Shown here: positions 1 to 8,693 of the stretch, piece by piece | How positions within the stretch are numbered: position 1 is the stretch's first letter | Layout of the letters: each line of letters begins with the position of its first letter | NCBI GenBank assembly: GCA_036339465.1 | Contig: JAYZAY010000005.1 | Coordinates: forward strand, 1 to 28,863 | Length of the DNA stretch: 28,863 nucleotides | Direction of reading: 5' to 3' | Origin: Myxococcota bacterium | GTDB taxonomy: Bacteria; Myxococcota; XYA12-FULL-58-9; JABJBS01 | Position numbers and translations under genes: made by a program | The notes under the pieces: generated by a model | The model's database searches: none | What the model was told of the DNA's origin: nothing | Seen by the model: only the letters and a program-made list of their open reading frames with translations

Positions 1-1347
1 TTGATGCTTCCCTACTTTTTTAGACAGGTTGAAGGCTGTCTTGAGTCCCAGACCGGTGAGGCGCGCCACCATCCTATTTTGGAATATATGCAAATCTTTG
101 ACCGCTTTTGCGGGTTCTAGGATCCCCTAAGTTGTGTCCTAATTACCTGATAACCTCCCTGACAGAGTAGGTTCTTAGGCCTCCCCCCAAAAAGACATGA
201 GCTTGGCCCACGGTTTTGGCGGCCCACGCCGGCGTCAGCAAGCGTCTTGAGAAACTAAAAAATTGCAGACTTAGTTATGGCCAGCCCTTTCACCCATACA
301 GACGACACACCCAGAGATAGAATCTTCCCAACCAAAGGGTGGGTCTTCCTAAGAGTCTAGTGCTCGTTGCCTGTGAAGCAGCATACCAGGTGACTGCCTT
401 AGCGCTAAAGAATGTTAAGGCTAGGGCGCTAGGACATTGGAAGAGAAGAAAGTCAGAACAACAAAGCACCTTATCTGGTAACGACTCAGCCTGCTAGACA
501 CGGAAACGGCCATTAAGACAAACACTTACCGCTTTCATAGTAAAGCGGGTTAAACGTTTTAAGGCGACGACAGTTCACCATCTTGACGCTTGCACGAATT
601 AGGGGCCTTGCCATGGGGTGCTGATGCTTCGGCAGACAATTTTGGGTAATCGTTTCAAGCACATGCCTTGGAGCCAGGTTTCCACAAAACCATCTCACCC
701 GCAAAAGCTCTGCGGCGCTGTGGCACCAAAACATAATTGGCTCGTTCGGATGATACTTGCTTAGACAGCAGAGGGCGGAAGTGAGTTGCGAGAATCGTGA
801 CATAAGTATTTAGAAATCTACCACGAAGAAGCTTATGGCTGCTCCTCGGTTTTCGGGTTTGCCTGTATCACTTCTTAGTGCCTGCCCTGGATACCTCGAC
901 CAGACCTTAATATCTTCCCCGCGTGCCTTTCGTAACTCTTTAACTGTAGTTTACACTTCTCTGCTTTCTGGTTTTCGCGACATGGCTCCTGAGCGCCTTC
1001 GTGATAAGGGGGTGTTAAGGTGACTGGACAACCCTCTTTTCTGCAACAACCGCGAGCACATATCCCGAGTTACCTGTAAAACAGCATCCAAGCTTTCCGG
1101 ATTTACCCCGCGACACCCCGCCCTCCGAGCTGTTTACAGGCATCTCGCTATAGGGCTTTGGCGGGTGTACGGCCCTGAGCTTAACATTAAGGCAGCTCGC
1201 AGCCGTATTGGCAAACGGGTAAACCGCTTAGCCGGTTGGAAGAAAAACAGCTTTCCTCGCTTACCTGGCCGGCGGGACGGTGGTAAGTGGGCTCGCCGCG
1301 AGGGCGTTTGACTGGCCAGGCACAGACCAGCCAAAAACTGCCTAATT

Positions 1348-1523
1348 GCCGAGCTGCTTAATGGCTTTACCGGCTAAGTGCTTTGCCGTGCGGCCGCCTA
1401 GACGCGTAATCGATTAAGAGCCTAACAGCTGAGCTGCTTAATGGCTTTACCGGCTAAGTGCTTTGCCGTGCGGCCGCCTAGACGCGAAATCGCTTAAGAA
1501 CCTAATAACTGAGCTGCTTAATA
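1348..1523 (+). repeat. 80-bp tandem duplication (about 2.2 copies; each unit is ten octamers)
   Basis: 56 bp identical at 1351-1406 and 1431-1486; GAGCTGCTTAAT recurs at 1351, 1431 and 1511. Confidence 0.95.
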
Positions 1524-1590
1524 GGTGAGCCGCCTAATAGCTCACCTGCCTATCTGCTGAACTGCTTAATGCCTGAACTGTATACATCTA

Positions 1591-1719
1591 AGCTGCCTTT
1601 TTGCTGAGCTGCCTTTTTGCTGAGCTGCCTTTTTGCTGAGCTGTCTTTTTGCTGAGCTGCCTTTTTGCTGAGCTGCCTTTTTGCTGAGCTGCCTTTTTGC
1701 TGAGCTGTCTTTTTTGCTG
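1591..1719 (+). repeat. 8 x 16-bp tandem repeat AGCTGYCTTTTTGCTG with a 64-bp higher-order period
   Basis: Units start at 1591, 1607, 1623, 1639, 1655, 1671, 1687 and 1703; copies 4 and 8 carry the C>T variant. Confidence 0.97.
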
Positions 1720-1788
1720 AGCCATCTAGCCGCCTGACCGCCTACCTGCGTCACTGGCTACATGCAGACCTGCCTATTTGCTTAACCT

Positions 1789-1947
1789 GCCTAGCGGCTT
1801 ACATGCCTAGCGGCTTACATACCTAGCGGCTTACATGCCTAGCAGCTTACCCGCCTAGCGGGTTACATGCCTAGCAGCTTACCCACCTGACGGCTTACCT
1901 GCTTAACGGCTACCCGCCTGACGGCTTACCTGCTTAACGGGTGAAGC
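1789..1947 (+). repeat. About 10 x 16-bp tandem repeat GCCTAGCGGCTTACAT, degenerating rightwards
   Basis: Units start at 1789, 1805, 1821, 1837, 1853, 1869, 1885, 1901, 1916 and 1932. Confidence 0.93.
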
Positions 1948-2431
1948 GGTCTCGTCGGGAATCCACCTAACCGTAGAGCGGCTACGCCACTCAAGCAGCA
2001 GTGCAGGCGTAGCGCTTTACCCGCAGCCCGCTGCTCCTTCTCGAAGGTTCGCCGCTTTAGCCTCTTGCTGGGTTGAAGCTGCAACGCTTTTCATCTAAGG
2101 CCGTTTCCTGCCGAGATGTTTTACCCCTTCGATGCATTACCGCTAGACGTCTTCCTGGCACAGCACCACCACAGCGCACCGACTTCCTGCTTTAATGCGT
2201 CGCCCCAGTGCAGCTTCCCTGGCAAACAGCGCAGCCGCCTTTCTCTTTGGCGTCATCCCGGTGTCTTCACCTTAGCGCCTAGCCGCTATTCCGTCTATTC
2301 ACTTTCCCGGAACCACGGCAAACTGCTTAACCCTCAAGGCTCCGATACCGCTCTGGCTCCGTAGCTCCTAAATGATATAGCGCTCAAACTTTCGACCACT
2401 AAAACCCTTTGCAACTAAAACGGTAAAAAAA

Positions 2432-2460
2432 TTCACAAGGTTCCAAGGCAAGGGTATGTT
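2432..2460 (+). promoter_or_regulatory. Possible sigma70-type promoter of the par operon
   Basis: TTCACA-17 bp-TATGTT preceded by A-tracts, 72 bp upstream of the parA ATG. Confidence 0.4.
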
Positions 2461-2532
2461 CTCCCCATCACCCTAACAACGCCGCTGGGCAGCGAGTATG
2501 GGGCCAACGAAATTTACAATGGTGAGAAGACC

Positions 2533-3330
2533 ATGCATAAAATCACAATGAGTCAACTGAAGGGTGGGGTGACCAAAACCGCCACCGCTGTCCATCTGGC
2601 CAAAGCTCTCGCAAAAAGGGAGCGGAGAACCCTCTTTATCGATCTCGATCGGCAAGCGTCCGGCTCCCTCATTCTTGGTGTGCCCACATCCCAAGCACAG
2701 CAAGCCTGTGTTGGCGACTGCCTTGGCCCCAAAGCCACCAAGTCCTTGCTCGACATCCTGGTGCAACCCAACAAAGAACAATCTCTCTATATAGCACCAG
2801 CTGCACCGCGGATGACTCAAATCGAAAGTGACCTCTACAAACACGCTCAGAGGGCCATGTTTCTAGACAAAATCCTCAACGAGGTCGAAGACCACTTTCA
2901 CTACGTTGTCATCGATACGCCACCAACCGACCAAACCTACACTCAGGCGGCACTCTTTGCTGCCGAATTGGTCCTCGCGCCCCTACCTTACGAGAGCGGT
3001 ATGCTCCAAGGTTGGCAAGACCTGTTCAACACCCTGACTGAGCTAAATGAATTTCGCAATGCCCCAGCCCAAATTGCAGGCGTCGTTACCAAATTCGACC
3101 GACGTGTTTCTATCACCAATTCAGCCTTCGAAGAAAAATTCCAATCGCTGGGCATGCCACTGGCAGAAACAACTATCCCAAAATGCGAAAAGATAAATCA
3201 AGCGGCCATCGTTCATCAAAGCCTCTTTGAATACGATCCAAAACATGCCGCATGTACCGCGTTTTTAAAATTAGCAGACGAAGTAATAGACGTCTTTGAA
3301 AAAGGTGAGGAGCAACGTCATGTCGCTTAA
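2533..3330 (+). CDS. parA: ParA/Soj-family partition ATPase (type Ib, no N-terminal HTH)
   Basis: Deviant Walker A KGGVTKT, A' motif IDLDRQ, Walker B YVVIDTPP, C-terminal T.IP....I.QA motif; 265 aa. Confidence 0.93.
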   Translation: MHKITMSQLKGGVTKTATAVHLAKALAKRERRTLFIDLDRQASGSLILGVPTSQAQQACVGDCLGPKATKSLLDILVQPNKEQSLYIAPAAPRMTQIESDLYKHAQRAMFLDKILNEVEDHFHYVVIDTPPTDQTYTQAALFAAELVLAPLPYESGMLQGWQDLFNTLTELNEFRNAPAQIAGVVTKFDRRVSITNSAFEEKFQSLGMPLAETTIPKCEKINQAAIVHQSLFEYDPKHAACTAFLKLADEVIDVFEKGEEQRHVA

Positions 3331-3634
3331 AAACAGTGCTGTAGCCGCTAAAAAGAAAAGCCTTTTAGCCATACCAGATCCAGAAGACCGCGAACTGCCA
3401 AAGAAATCCAGTAAGCCGGCGGCTGTCGTCGTTTCTGACCAAACCACCGATCCACAAGGATCCCATCCTCAACCCCAAACCACCACCAGCGAGGAGAGTA
3501 AGCGTAAAGTCACTCTCTACTTACCAACCGCCGTTCATAAGCGACTCAAGCACCTCGCCGTGGACCGAGATAGCCAAGTCTCCGCCATCGCCACGGACAT
3601 GTTGATACAGGGTCTCGAAAATATCAACGCATAA
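3320..3634 (+). CDS. Small ribbon-helix-helix centromere-binding protein (ParG/Omega-like), 104 aa
   Basis: GAGGAG RBS before ATG 3320, overlapping the parA end. Disordered N-terminus, then KRKVTLYLPTAVHKRLKHLAVDRDSQVSAIATDMLIQGL (beta-alpha-alpha RHH pattern). Confidence 0.82.
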   Translation: MSLKNSAVAAKKKSLLAIPDPEDRELPKKSSKPAAVVVSDQTTDPQGSHPQPQTTTSEESKRKVTLYLPTAVHKRLKHLAVDRDSQVSAIATDMLIQGLENINA

Positions 3635-3770
3635 ACATTTCGTATCTTGCACCCAGGCCCTCTTTTAAGCACGTGCCATAAGAATTCCATTCGCGGCGCC
3701 ACACCTAGCTCCGAAATCCTCACCAAACAAAAAAAATTTGAACTCCGCGCCCACACAACCCTCTCAAATC

Positions 3771-3818
3771 TGCACTGCCCGCTAACACCAACCCACGGGT
3801 GCACCGCCCGCTAACACC
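3771..3818 (-). repeat. Two inverted-orientation iteron-like repeats
   Basis: TGCACYGCCCGCTAACACC at 3771 and 3800. Its reverse complement GGTGTTAGCGGGCRGTGCA resembles the array sequence AGTGCTAGCGGGCGGCGCA. Confidence 0.7.
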
Positions 3819-3985
3819 GCGCACGAAAAAATAACCATGACCAACTTCTCCCCAAACACCCACAATACGAATACCTCTTTTATTTCCAGATACTTACGTA
3901 AGTCCCAACCTCCATCTCTCCGGTCGACTTGCGCTAGATTGGTCGCTCGACCTCACAAAAAGATCCAAATCCGATCAAAACGATG

Positions 3986-4174
3986 GCGCACAGTTCATAA
4001 ATGCTAGCGCACAGTTCATAAATGCTAGCGCACAGTTCATAAATGCTAGCGCACAGTTCATAAGTGCTAGCGCACAGTTCATAAGTGCTAGCGGGCGGCG
4101 CAAAAATGCTGGCGCGGGAAACAAAAATGCTAGCGCACAGGTGCAGAATGTTGGCGTCCAGTGCAAAGATGACT
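3986..4174 (+). repeat. Iteron array, 21-bp unit GCGCACAGTTCATAARTGCTA (5 near-perfect and 4 degenerate copies); replication origin
   Basis: Units start at 3986, 4007, 4028, 4049 and 4070, with degenerate units at 4091, 4112, 4133 and 4154. The period is two helical turns and the array lies directly upstream of the initiator gene. Confidence 0.9.
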
Positions 4175-4255
4175 TAATATCCATTAAGATTGTTAAAGAT
4201 TTTCAGCTCTACTATATAAATAAGATACTAGATCAATACTAGATCTACTAAAAGG
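4172..4255. promoter_or_regulatory. AT-rich DNA-unwinding element of the origin
   Basis: AT-rich tract between iterons and rep, with repeated AAGAT and ATACTAGATC x2. Confidence 0.65.
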
Positions 4256-4262
4256 CAACCCA

Positions 4263-5858
4263 ATGAGTGACCTTCATGATTCTGAAAATCAATCCAATGA
4301 CTACCCAGCGATTCCAGGGCAAATGAATCTCTTAGACAAAATTTCTCCTTATCGCCATCGCTCCGTTGACGATTTGAACCTCATTGAATTGCCAATTTCC
4401 TTATTGAGCAACTCCAATCAAGGTCTCGCACGCATGAAATTAGAGAGAGATCCAGGGGGGATGTTACGGATCCCACTTTCTCCAGATTCTACACGTTTTC
4501 TTTTGGTTCCTTCAGCCGAGGCTGTGCCCACCGCTCTCGGTGAACGTGTTTTACTCGCCCTCCTTTGGATGCACAATGACTTGTATCAATTTGCGACCCC
4601 AGAAATCACCTTTGATGTGAATATGTTTTTATCCACATATCTTTATCCCAATGTGAAAACACGAATTTCCCAGAGCCAACGCGATGCAGTCCTACAAGAG
4701 CTTGAGTGGTTCTCGTCAATGAGGTTAGGTGCTGTTGATTTTTTTCAACGCGTCATTCGTGATGTTGGCTCTGAAGAGGTTGTGATGCGAAACCCCCAAA
4801 ATGCAGCTATTTTTGAACAATTCCAAATTCATGCCCGAAGGCGCGATGCAGAGCCAGCCAAACAATCCAAACGTGGTGCTCGTCGCGTGGTTTACGAAAG
4901 AAAGGGTGGCCCTATTCGCGTCACGATACGCTGGGGAGAAACGGTGTACCGCTCACTTGCCAAAGATAAGCTGACCAAGCGACTCAATCCGCTTATCTTG
5001 TTGGAAGCTAAAAACCCACTCGATTTAAGATTATACCGTTGGCTTGATAAGCATTTTTACAAAATTGACGAGATCTTTGTTGATTCAATCATCAATTTTG
5101 CGCGCTACAAGATGTTTATGCAGGCGCAGAAACTTCATCAGAGTCCAAAGACCGCCTCCAAATACGCGATGACCAAGATTGAGCAAAGCCTCGAAAGATT
5201 ACGAGGTTTAAATTATCCTGTTTCCATTGAAGCCAATACTCGTTTTGATGACTACCGAATTACTTTTAAAAAGTTGGATATCAGCCAAAAAGACCCAAGC
5301 TCGGTAGTTGAAGCAAAACTCACGGAATCCGACGACCTGTTCCTTTTGTCCTTTTTTACGAAGCTACGTTTTGGAGATGCTGCACCAGATAGACCAATTT
5401 ACAACACCAAAGAAAAGCAGCTTGCCAAGAAATTTCTGGCGACATACAAAACCCTAGCTTACGCCAAGGAAATCGTGCAAGAGTGCTTCGGGATTATCAA
5501 ACGGGCTAAGGGCACCACCGAACACGTAAAAGCTTTTACCTATCTCACGTATTTTGCCAACGACGCTGAAGCCAATCTCAAGAAATCCAAACGTCGTCAG
5601 AAACCGAAAGAGAAAACCAATCCACTGGATGCTTGGGATATCTATCGAGAGAACCAACTTGAACAAGCAAAACGCGCCATGGCCTCCAATGAACAGGACG
5701 AAATGAGAGACGACATAGCCCGTGAATTAACGCAGGATGTTCAGTTTGGAAAACACAATGAAAAAACCAAACAGGCGCTTATTACGGCAGCTCTTGAAGA
5801 CGAACTTCTTCGGCGCTTGGGCGCTATGGATGAGCAGGAATTCCTAGCAACGTTATAA
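4263..5858 (+). CDS. repA: Plasmid-type replication initiator (RepA/RPA-like), 531 aa
   Basis: N-terminal DDLNLIELPISLLS and central PLDLRLYRWLDKHF resemble RPA-family motifs (DEMNLAEFP; P.ARRLYR.LDK.F). Adjacent to iterons and par genes. Confidence 0.78.
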   Translation: MSDLHDSENQSNDYPAIPGQMNLLDKISPYRHRSVDDLNLIELPISLLSNSNQGLARMKLERDPGGMLRIPLSPDSTRFLLVPSAEAVPTALGERVLLALLWMHNDLYQFATPEITFDVNMFLSTYLYPNVKTRISQSQRDAVLQELEWFSSMRLGAVDFFQRVIRDVGSEEVVMRNPQNAAIFEQFQIHARRRDAEPAKQSKRGARRVVYERKGGPIRVTIRWGETVYRSLAKDKLTKRLNPLILLEAKNPLDLRLYRWLDKHFYKIDEIFVDSIINFARYKMFMQAQKLHQSPKTASKYAMTKIEQSLERLRGLNYPVSIEANTRFDDYRITFKKLDISQKDPSSVVEAKLTESDDLFLLSFFTKLRFGDAAPDRPIYNTKEKQLAKKFLATYKTLAYAKEIVQECFGIIKRAKGTTEHVKAFTYLTYFANDAEANLKKSKRRQKPKEKTNPLDAWDIYRENQLEQAKRAMASNEQDEMRDDIARELTQDVQFGKHNEKTKQALITAALEDELLRRLGAMDEQEFLATL

Positions 5859-5917
5859 TCGTCTCCGAAATTCTCTGAATTTTTCTTTCAATTAAGGCCG
5901 GTGATTTCGTCGGAGGA

Positions 5918-5930
5918 GGGGAGGGAAGGG
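5918..5930 (+). other. Two overlapping KOPS-like octamers (GGGGAGGG, GGGAAGGG) pointing toward the dif-like site
   Basis: Match GGGNAGGG; a third (GGGCAGGG) is at 7709-7716. Confidence 0.5.
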
Positions 5931-6327
5931 GACTGACCTAACATCCGGCACTCTTTAATTTGCATTGACGCACCTGTATTACATTCGAGGCTTAAATGGT
6001 CCCGTTTGACAGGTGTCGCAGAAAGGCCCAACCGTAATATACGAAACATCGACTTCAACAGCTTTCTTGGTGTGTAGACATCTCTTTCCCTATGTCGTGC
6101 AAAGAACTTTGGGCTTGCCATCCATGCGAGGCGGACTTGTTCATCCCCACCGAATGCGCACAGATATTGAGTGTTTAAAATACAAGTATTCAGTTTTTCC
6201 CCAGAGAGGTAAGAGGCTTTATTTTCTTTTAGACATCCTAAGTAGCTGTTATTAAATCTGAATTTGTTTGGTTATGTAATCTTCAAGTTGGTGTTGCTAT
6301 TTACATACTTGGTGGTAAGATAGGACC

Positions 6328-7506
6328 ATGATTCAAAGAGAAATGGCACCAGAGCTTATTCAGGTAGCCAATGAGTATCCGGTTGTTACCATCCTCGGGC
6401 CGCGCCAATCAGGAAAAACGACCTTAGCAAAAATGACTTTTCCTGATTACGACTACTGCTCTCTTGAGGAGCCCGATGTTCGAAACTTTGCATCTACTGA
6501 TCCCAGGGCATTCTTAGCCCAATACCAAAAGGATGTTATTTTTGATGAGATTCAACGTGTCCCCACGCTCCTGTCCTACATTCAAACTCTAGTCGATGAA
6601 CATAATTTTAAGGGACGCTTTATTTTAACCGGATCCCATCAACTAGAGCTTAGGGCTGAAATATCTCAATCCCTTGCTGGACGAACTGCTATCCTCTCAT
6701 TGCTTCCTTTAAGTATCAGTGAGGTCAAAACCATCAAACAATTCGAGAATAAGGATGACTATATCTTCAATGGATTTTTTCCTCGAATTTACAATGACCA
6801 TTTAAATCCAACCCGCGCTTATTCCAACTACTATAAGACCTATATCGAGAGAGATGTCAGGCAACTAATCAACCTTAAAGATGTATCGCAATTCGAGAAA
6901 TTCTTAAGGCTAATGGCAGGCAGAGTAGGGCAAGTTCTAAACTTAAGCTCTCTTTCAAACGATGTGGGTGCGAGTAGTACCACCTTGAAGGAATGGCTTT
7001 CTATTTTGGAAGCTTCATTCATCGTTTATAAACTACTTCCATACTTTGAAAATTTCGGTAAAAGAGTCATTAAGTCACCTAAATACTATTTTACAGACGT
7101 TGGACTTCTCTCTTACCTTCTTGGAATCGATAAGAAAGAACAAGTATTAAGGGATCCCTTGATTGGAAATATCTTTGAGAATCTAGTTGTCATTGAATGT
7201 TTAAAGAACCGGTATAATCAAGGTAAGGAGAGTAACCTCTATTTCTTTCGCGACAGCAATGGAAACGAAGTTGATCTTCTTTTGGATAATGCAAGAAAGC
7301 TTACACCTGTGGAGATTAAATCTTCTTCCACCTTTAATATTAACTTTACTAAAGGAATCAAAAAGCTCCAAGGGATCACGGCTAATTGTACACAGGGTTA
7401 TGTGGTTTATGCTGGAGACTTCTTTCCCGTAACCGAGGAATACCGGACGATTCATTTTACGGCGGTGAATTCCTTAGGTAGGGATTTTGGTAGTGAGGTT
7501 AGGTAG
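6328..7506 (+). CDS. AAA_14/DUF4143 family ATP-binding protein
   Basis: Walker A GPRQSGKT, Walker B IFDEIQ, ILTGS, KSPKYYFTDVGL, C-terminal EVDLL..PVEIK. More AT-rich than its neighbours. Confidence 0.93.
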   Translation: MIQREMAPELIQVANEYPVVTILGPRQSGKTTLAKMTFPDYDYCSLEEPDVRNFASTDPRAFLAQYQKDVIFDEIQRVPTLLSYIQTLVDEHNFKGRFILTGSHQLELRAEISQSLAGRTAILSLLPLSISEVKTIKQFENKDDYIFNGFFPRIYNDHLNPTRAYSNYYKTYIERDVRQLINLKDVSQFEKFLRLMAGRVGQVLNLSSLSNDVGASSTTLKEWLSILEASFIVYKLLPYFENFGKRVIKSPKYYFTDVGLLSYLLGIDKKEQVLRDPLIGNIFENLVVIECLKNRYNQGKESNLYFFRDSNGNEVDLLLDNARKLTPVEIKSSSTFNINFTKGIKKLQGITANCTQGYVVYAGDFFPVTEEYRTIHFTAVNSLGRDFGSEVR

Positions 7507-7523
7507 GAGGTTTTGTCTTGTGT

Positions 7524-7551
7524 AGTTATGCGAACAGTTATTCTCATAACT
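7524..7551. other. Palindromic tyrosine-recombinase-type core site (11-6-11)
   Basis: AGTTATGCGAA-CAGTTA-TTCTCATAACT; arms match at 10/11 positions as an inverted repeat. Confidence 0.55.
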
Positions 7552-8056
7552 TACGCCCGTTTATATATTCCCCACAATCAATTAACCCCAAAGCACCAAG
7601 CCAAAAAAAAACTCCATGTAACACCAGCCCCATCAGGCGCTTCAGCCTGGTCTGCCCCAGCTTTTTCGAAGCTTCAGCCTTTTACAATTTACGCGTAGGG
7701 CCTTTTTCGGGCAGGGGTGGGTTGCATGCCGCAGCAAGCTTATTGGGTGGGTACCTATCTCTGCAAACAAGAAAGAGGGAGAGAAAGACATATGCGCGGT
7801 CGTGGTGGACTCTACAACGAAGAGTTCAGGTGGGTAAAAAGCTTCGCTGGAGTGCGTTACGCCGGCAGAGATACTTGCAGCCATACTCAATTGCCGAGCA
7901 AAAGCCGCAACTAAATCAAGAGCCACGCAATACGGAGCCACGTCCATTTTATCAAAGTGAAATTTATACTCTGCAAATTACACAGTAGGCCAAATTGACA
8001 TGCCGGCTCTATTTACGCAGATAAATGGAACAAAAAGTAGGCACGACTTTATAATG

Positions 8057-8084
8057 GTGCCTGATAATACATATTATGGATAAC
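8057..8084 (+). other. dif-like XerC/XerD recombination site
   Basis: GTGCCTGATAA-TACATA-TTATGGATAAC has the conserved ATAA-N6-TTATG core and 17/28 identity to E. coli dif. It is intergenic, and KOPS-like motifs converge on it. Confidence 0.65.
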
Positions 8085-8693
8085 CCATAACATAAAGTGA
8101 GTGTTGTCCAGGCAACTTTCAAAAGTCGGTACTTTTCTTGATCCGTTTTTTTCCTTCGTCTTTGTTATTCGAAGCCGCACGCACTCAATCTATTGCTCTT
8201 TTCCCAAGAACCCCCTGGACGAGGAGGATACAAATTATTACTTTCCCGTTCCCACAAAGACATTACTTTCCCCGTCACCATTGAAACCGATCTGGCGTAA
8301 AAATACGAGGATTCTTAGGAAGTAGTTGAACTCCCTTTAATCCAACTTACGAGACGACGTAGCCCTATGACGATTCCCACAAGGCACCTACCGTTTGATG
8401 ACGCTCGGAATATGGCAGGTGTTTTTCTGGGGGAAGCCTCTCTTTTACGAGGCTGAGAAGCTTGTTTAAATTTCCCCTTCATTTAAGCTTCAATCAGCAG
8501 CGCAGGATTTCACCAACACGTCCTGGAGAGAGTTTTGACCATAAAGCATCAAGTCTTGAACTTCTTGTCACTTTTTATGGAGAGCTTGGGCCATACTCAT
8601 CTACAGACGAAACATGATGGATAAAAGTAATTGGGACAAAAAGGAAAAGGCCGTTGATTTAAATCCACATCACCCGTGACCGCCTTATACACC

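Larger units (their letters stand above)
1340..1947 (+). repeat. Phased degenerate 8-bp repeat array (about 75 units, consensus roughly GCYTANNN); putative type Ib centromere
   Basis: Parses as GCCTAATT GCCGAGCT GCTTAATG GCTTTACC GGCTAAGT GCTTTGCC ... GCCTAATA GCTCACCT GCCTATCT GCTGAACT ... GCCTAGCG GCTTACAT with only a few 1-bp phase slips. Non-coding and upstream of parA. Confidence 0.8.
830..8084. mobile_element. Plasmid/chromid-type replication and partition module (octamer tract, parA, RHH gene, iteron origin, repA, AAA ATPase) ending at a dif-like site; left boundary not defined
   Basis: Co-located type Ib par pair, 21-bp iterons, AT-rich region and initiator-like ORF. Chromosome-like metabolic genes begin to the right of 8084. 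Confidence 0.75.

Noticed and set aside
1566..1754. 62-aa ORF with KKAAQQKGSSAKRQLS repeats
   Set aside because: A by-product of translating the 16-bp repeat; no RBS or coding evidence.
1591..1947. Tandem repeats as a CRISPR array
   Set aside because: Units are contiguous with no unique spacers, and there are no cas genes.
513..2364. Short ORFs 513-803, 835-1023, 1134-1334 and 2116-2364
   Set aside because: No recognisable motifs; they lie in or beside the octamer-phased non-coding tract.
3986..4174. 21-bp repeats as a CRISPR array, or as the 69-aa ORF 3975-4184
   Set aside because: No spacers; the ALAFMNC peptide is just the translated iteron, and the context indicates an origin.
4629..4637. 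Perfect DnaA box TTATCCACA
   Set aside because: Single copy inside repA, about 400 bp from the unwinding region; could be chance.
7513..7988. Overlapping ORFs between the ATPase gene and the dif-like site
   Set aside because: Mutually overlapping with no family motifs; more likely non-coding.
8237..8274. 13-bp direct repeat ATTACTTTCCCGT x2
   Set aside because: Only two copies and no associated element; no function can be supported.
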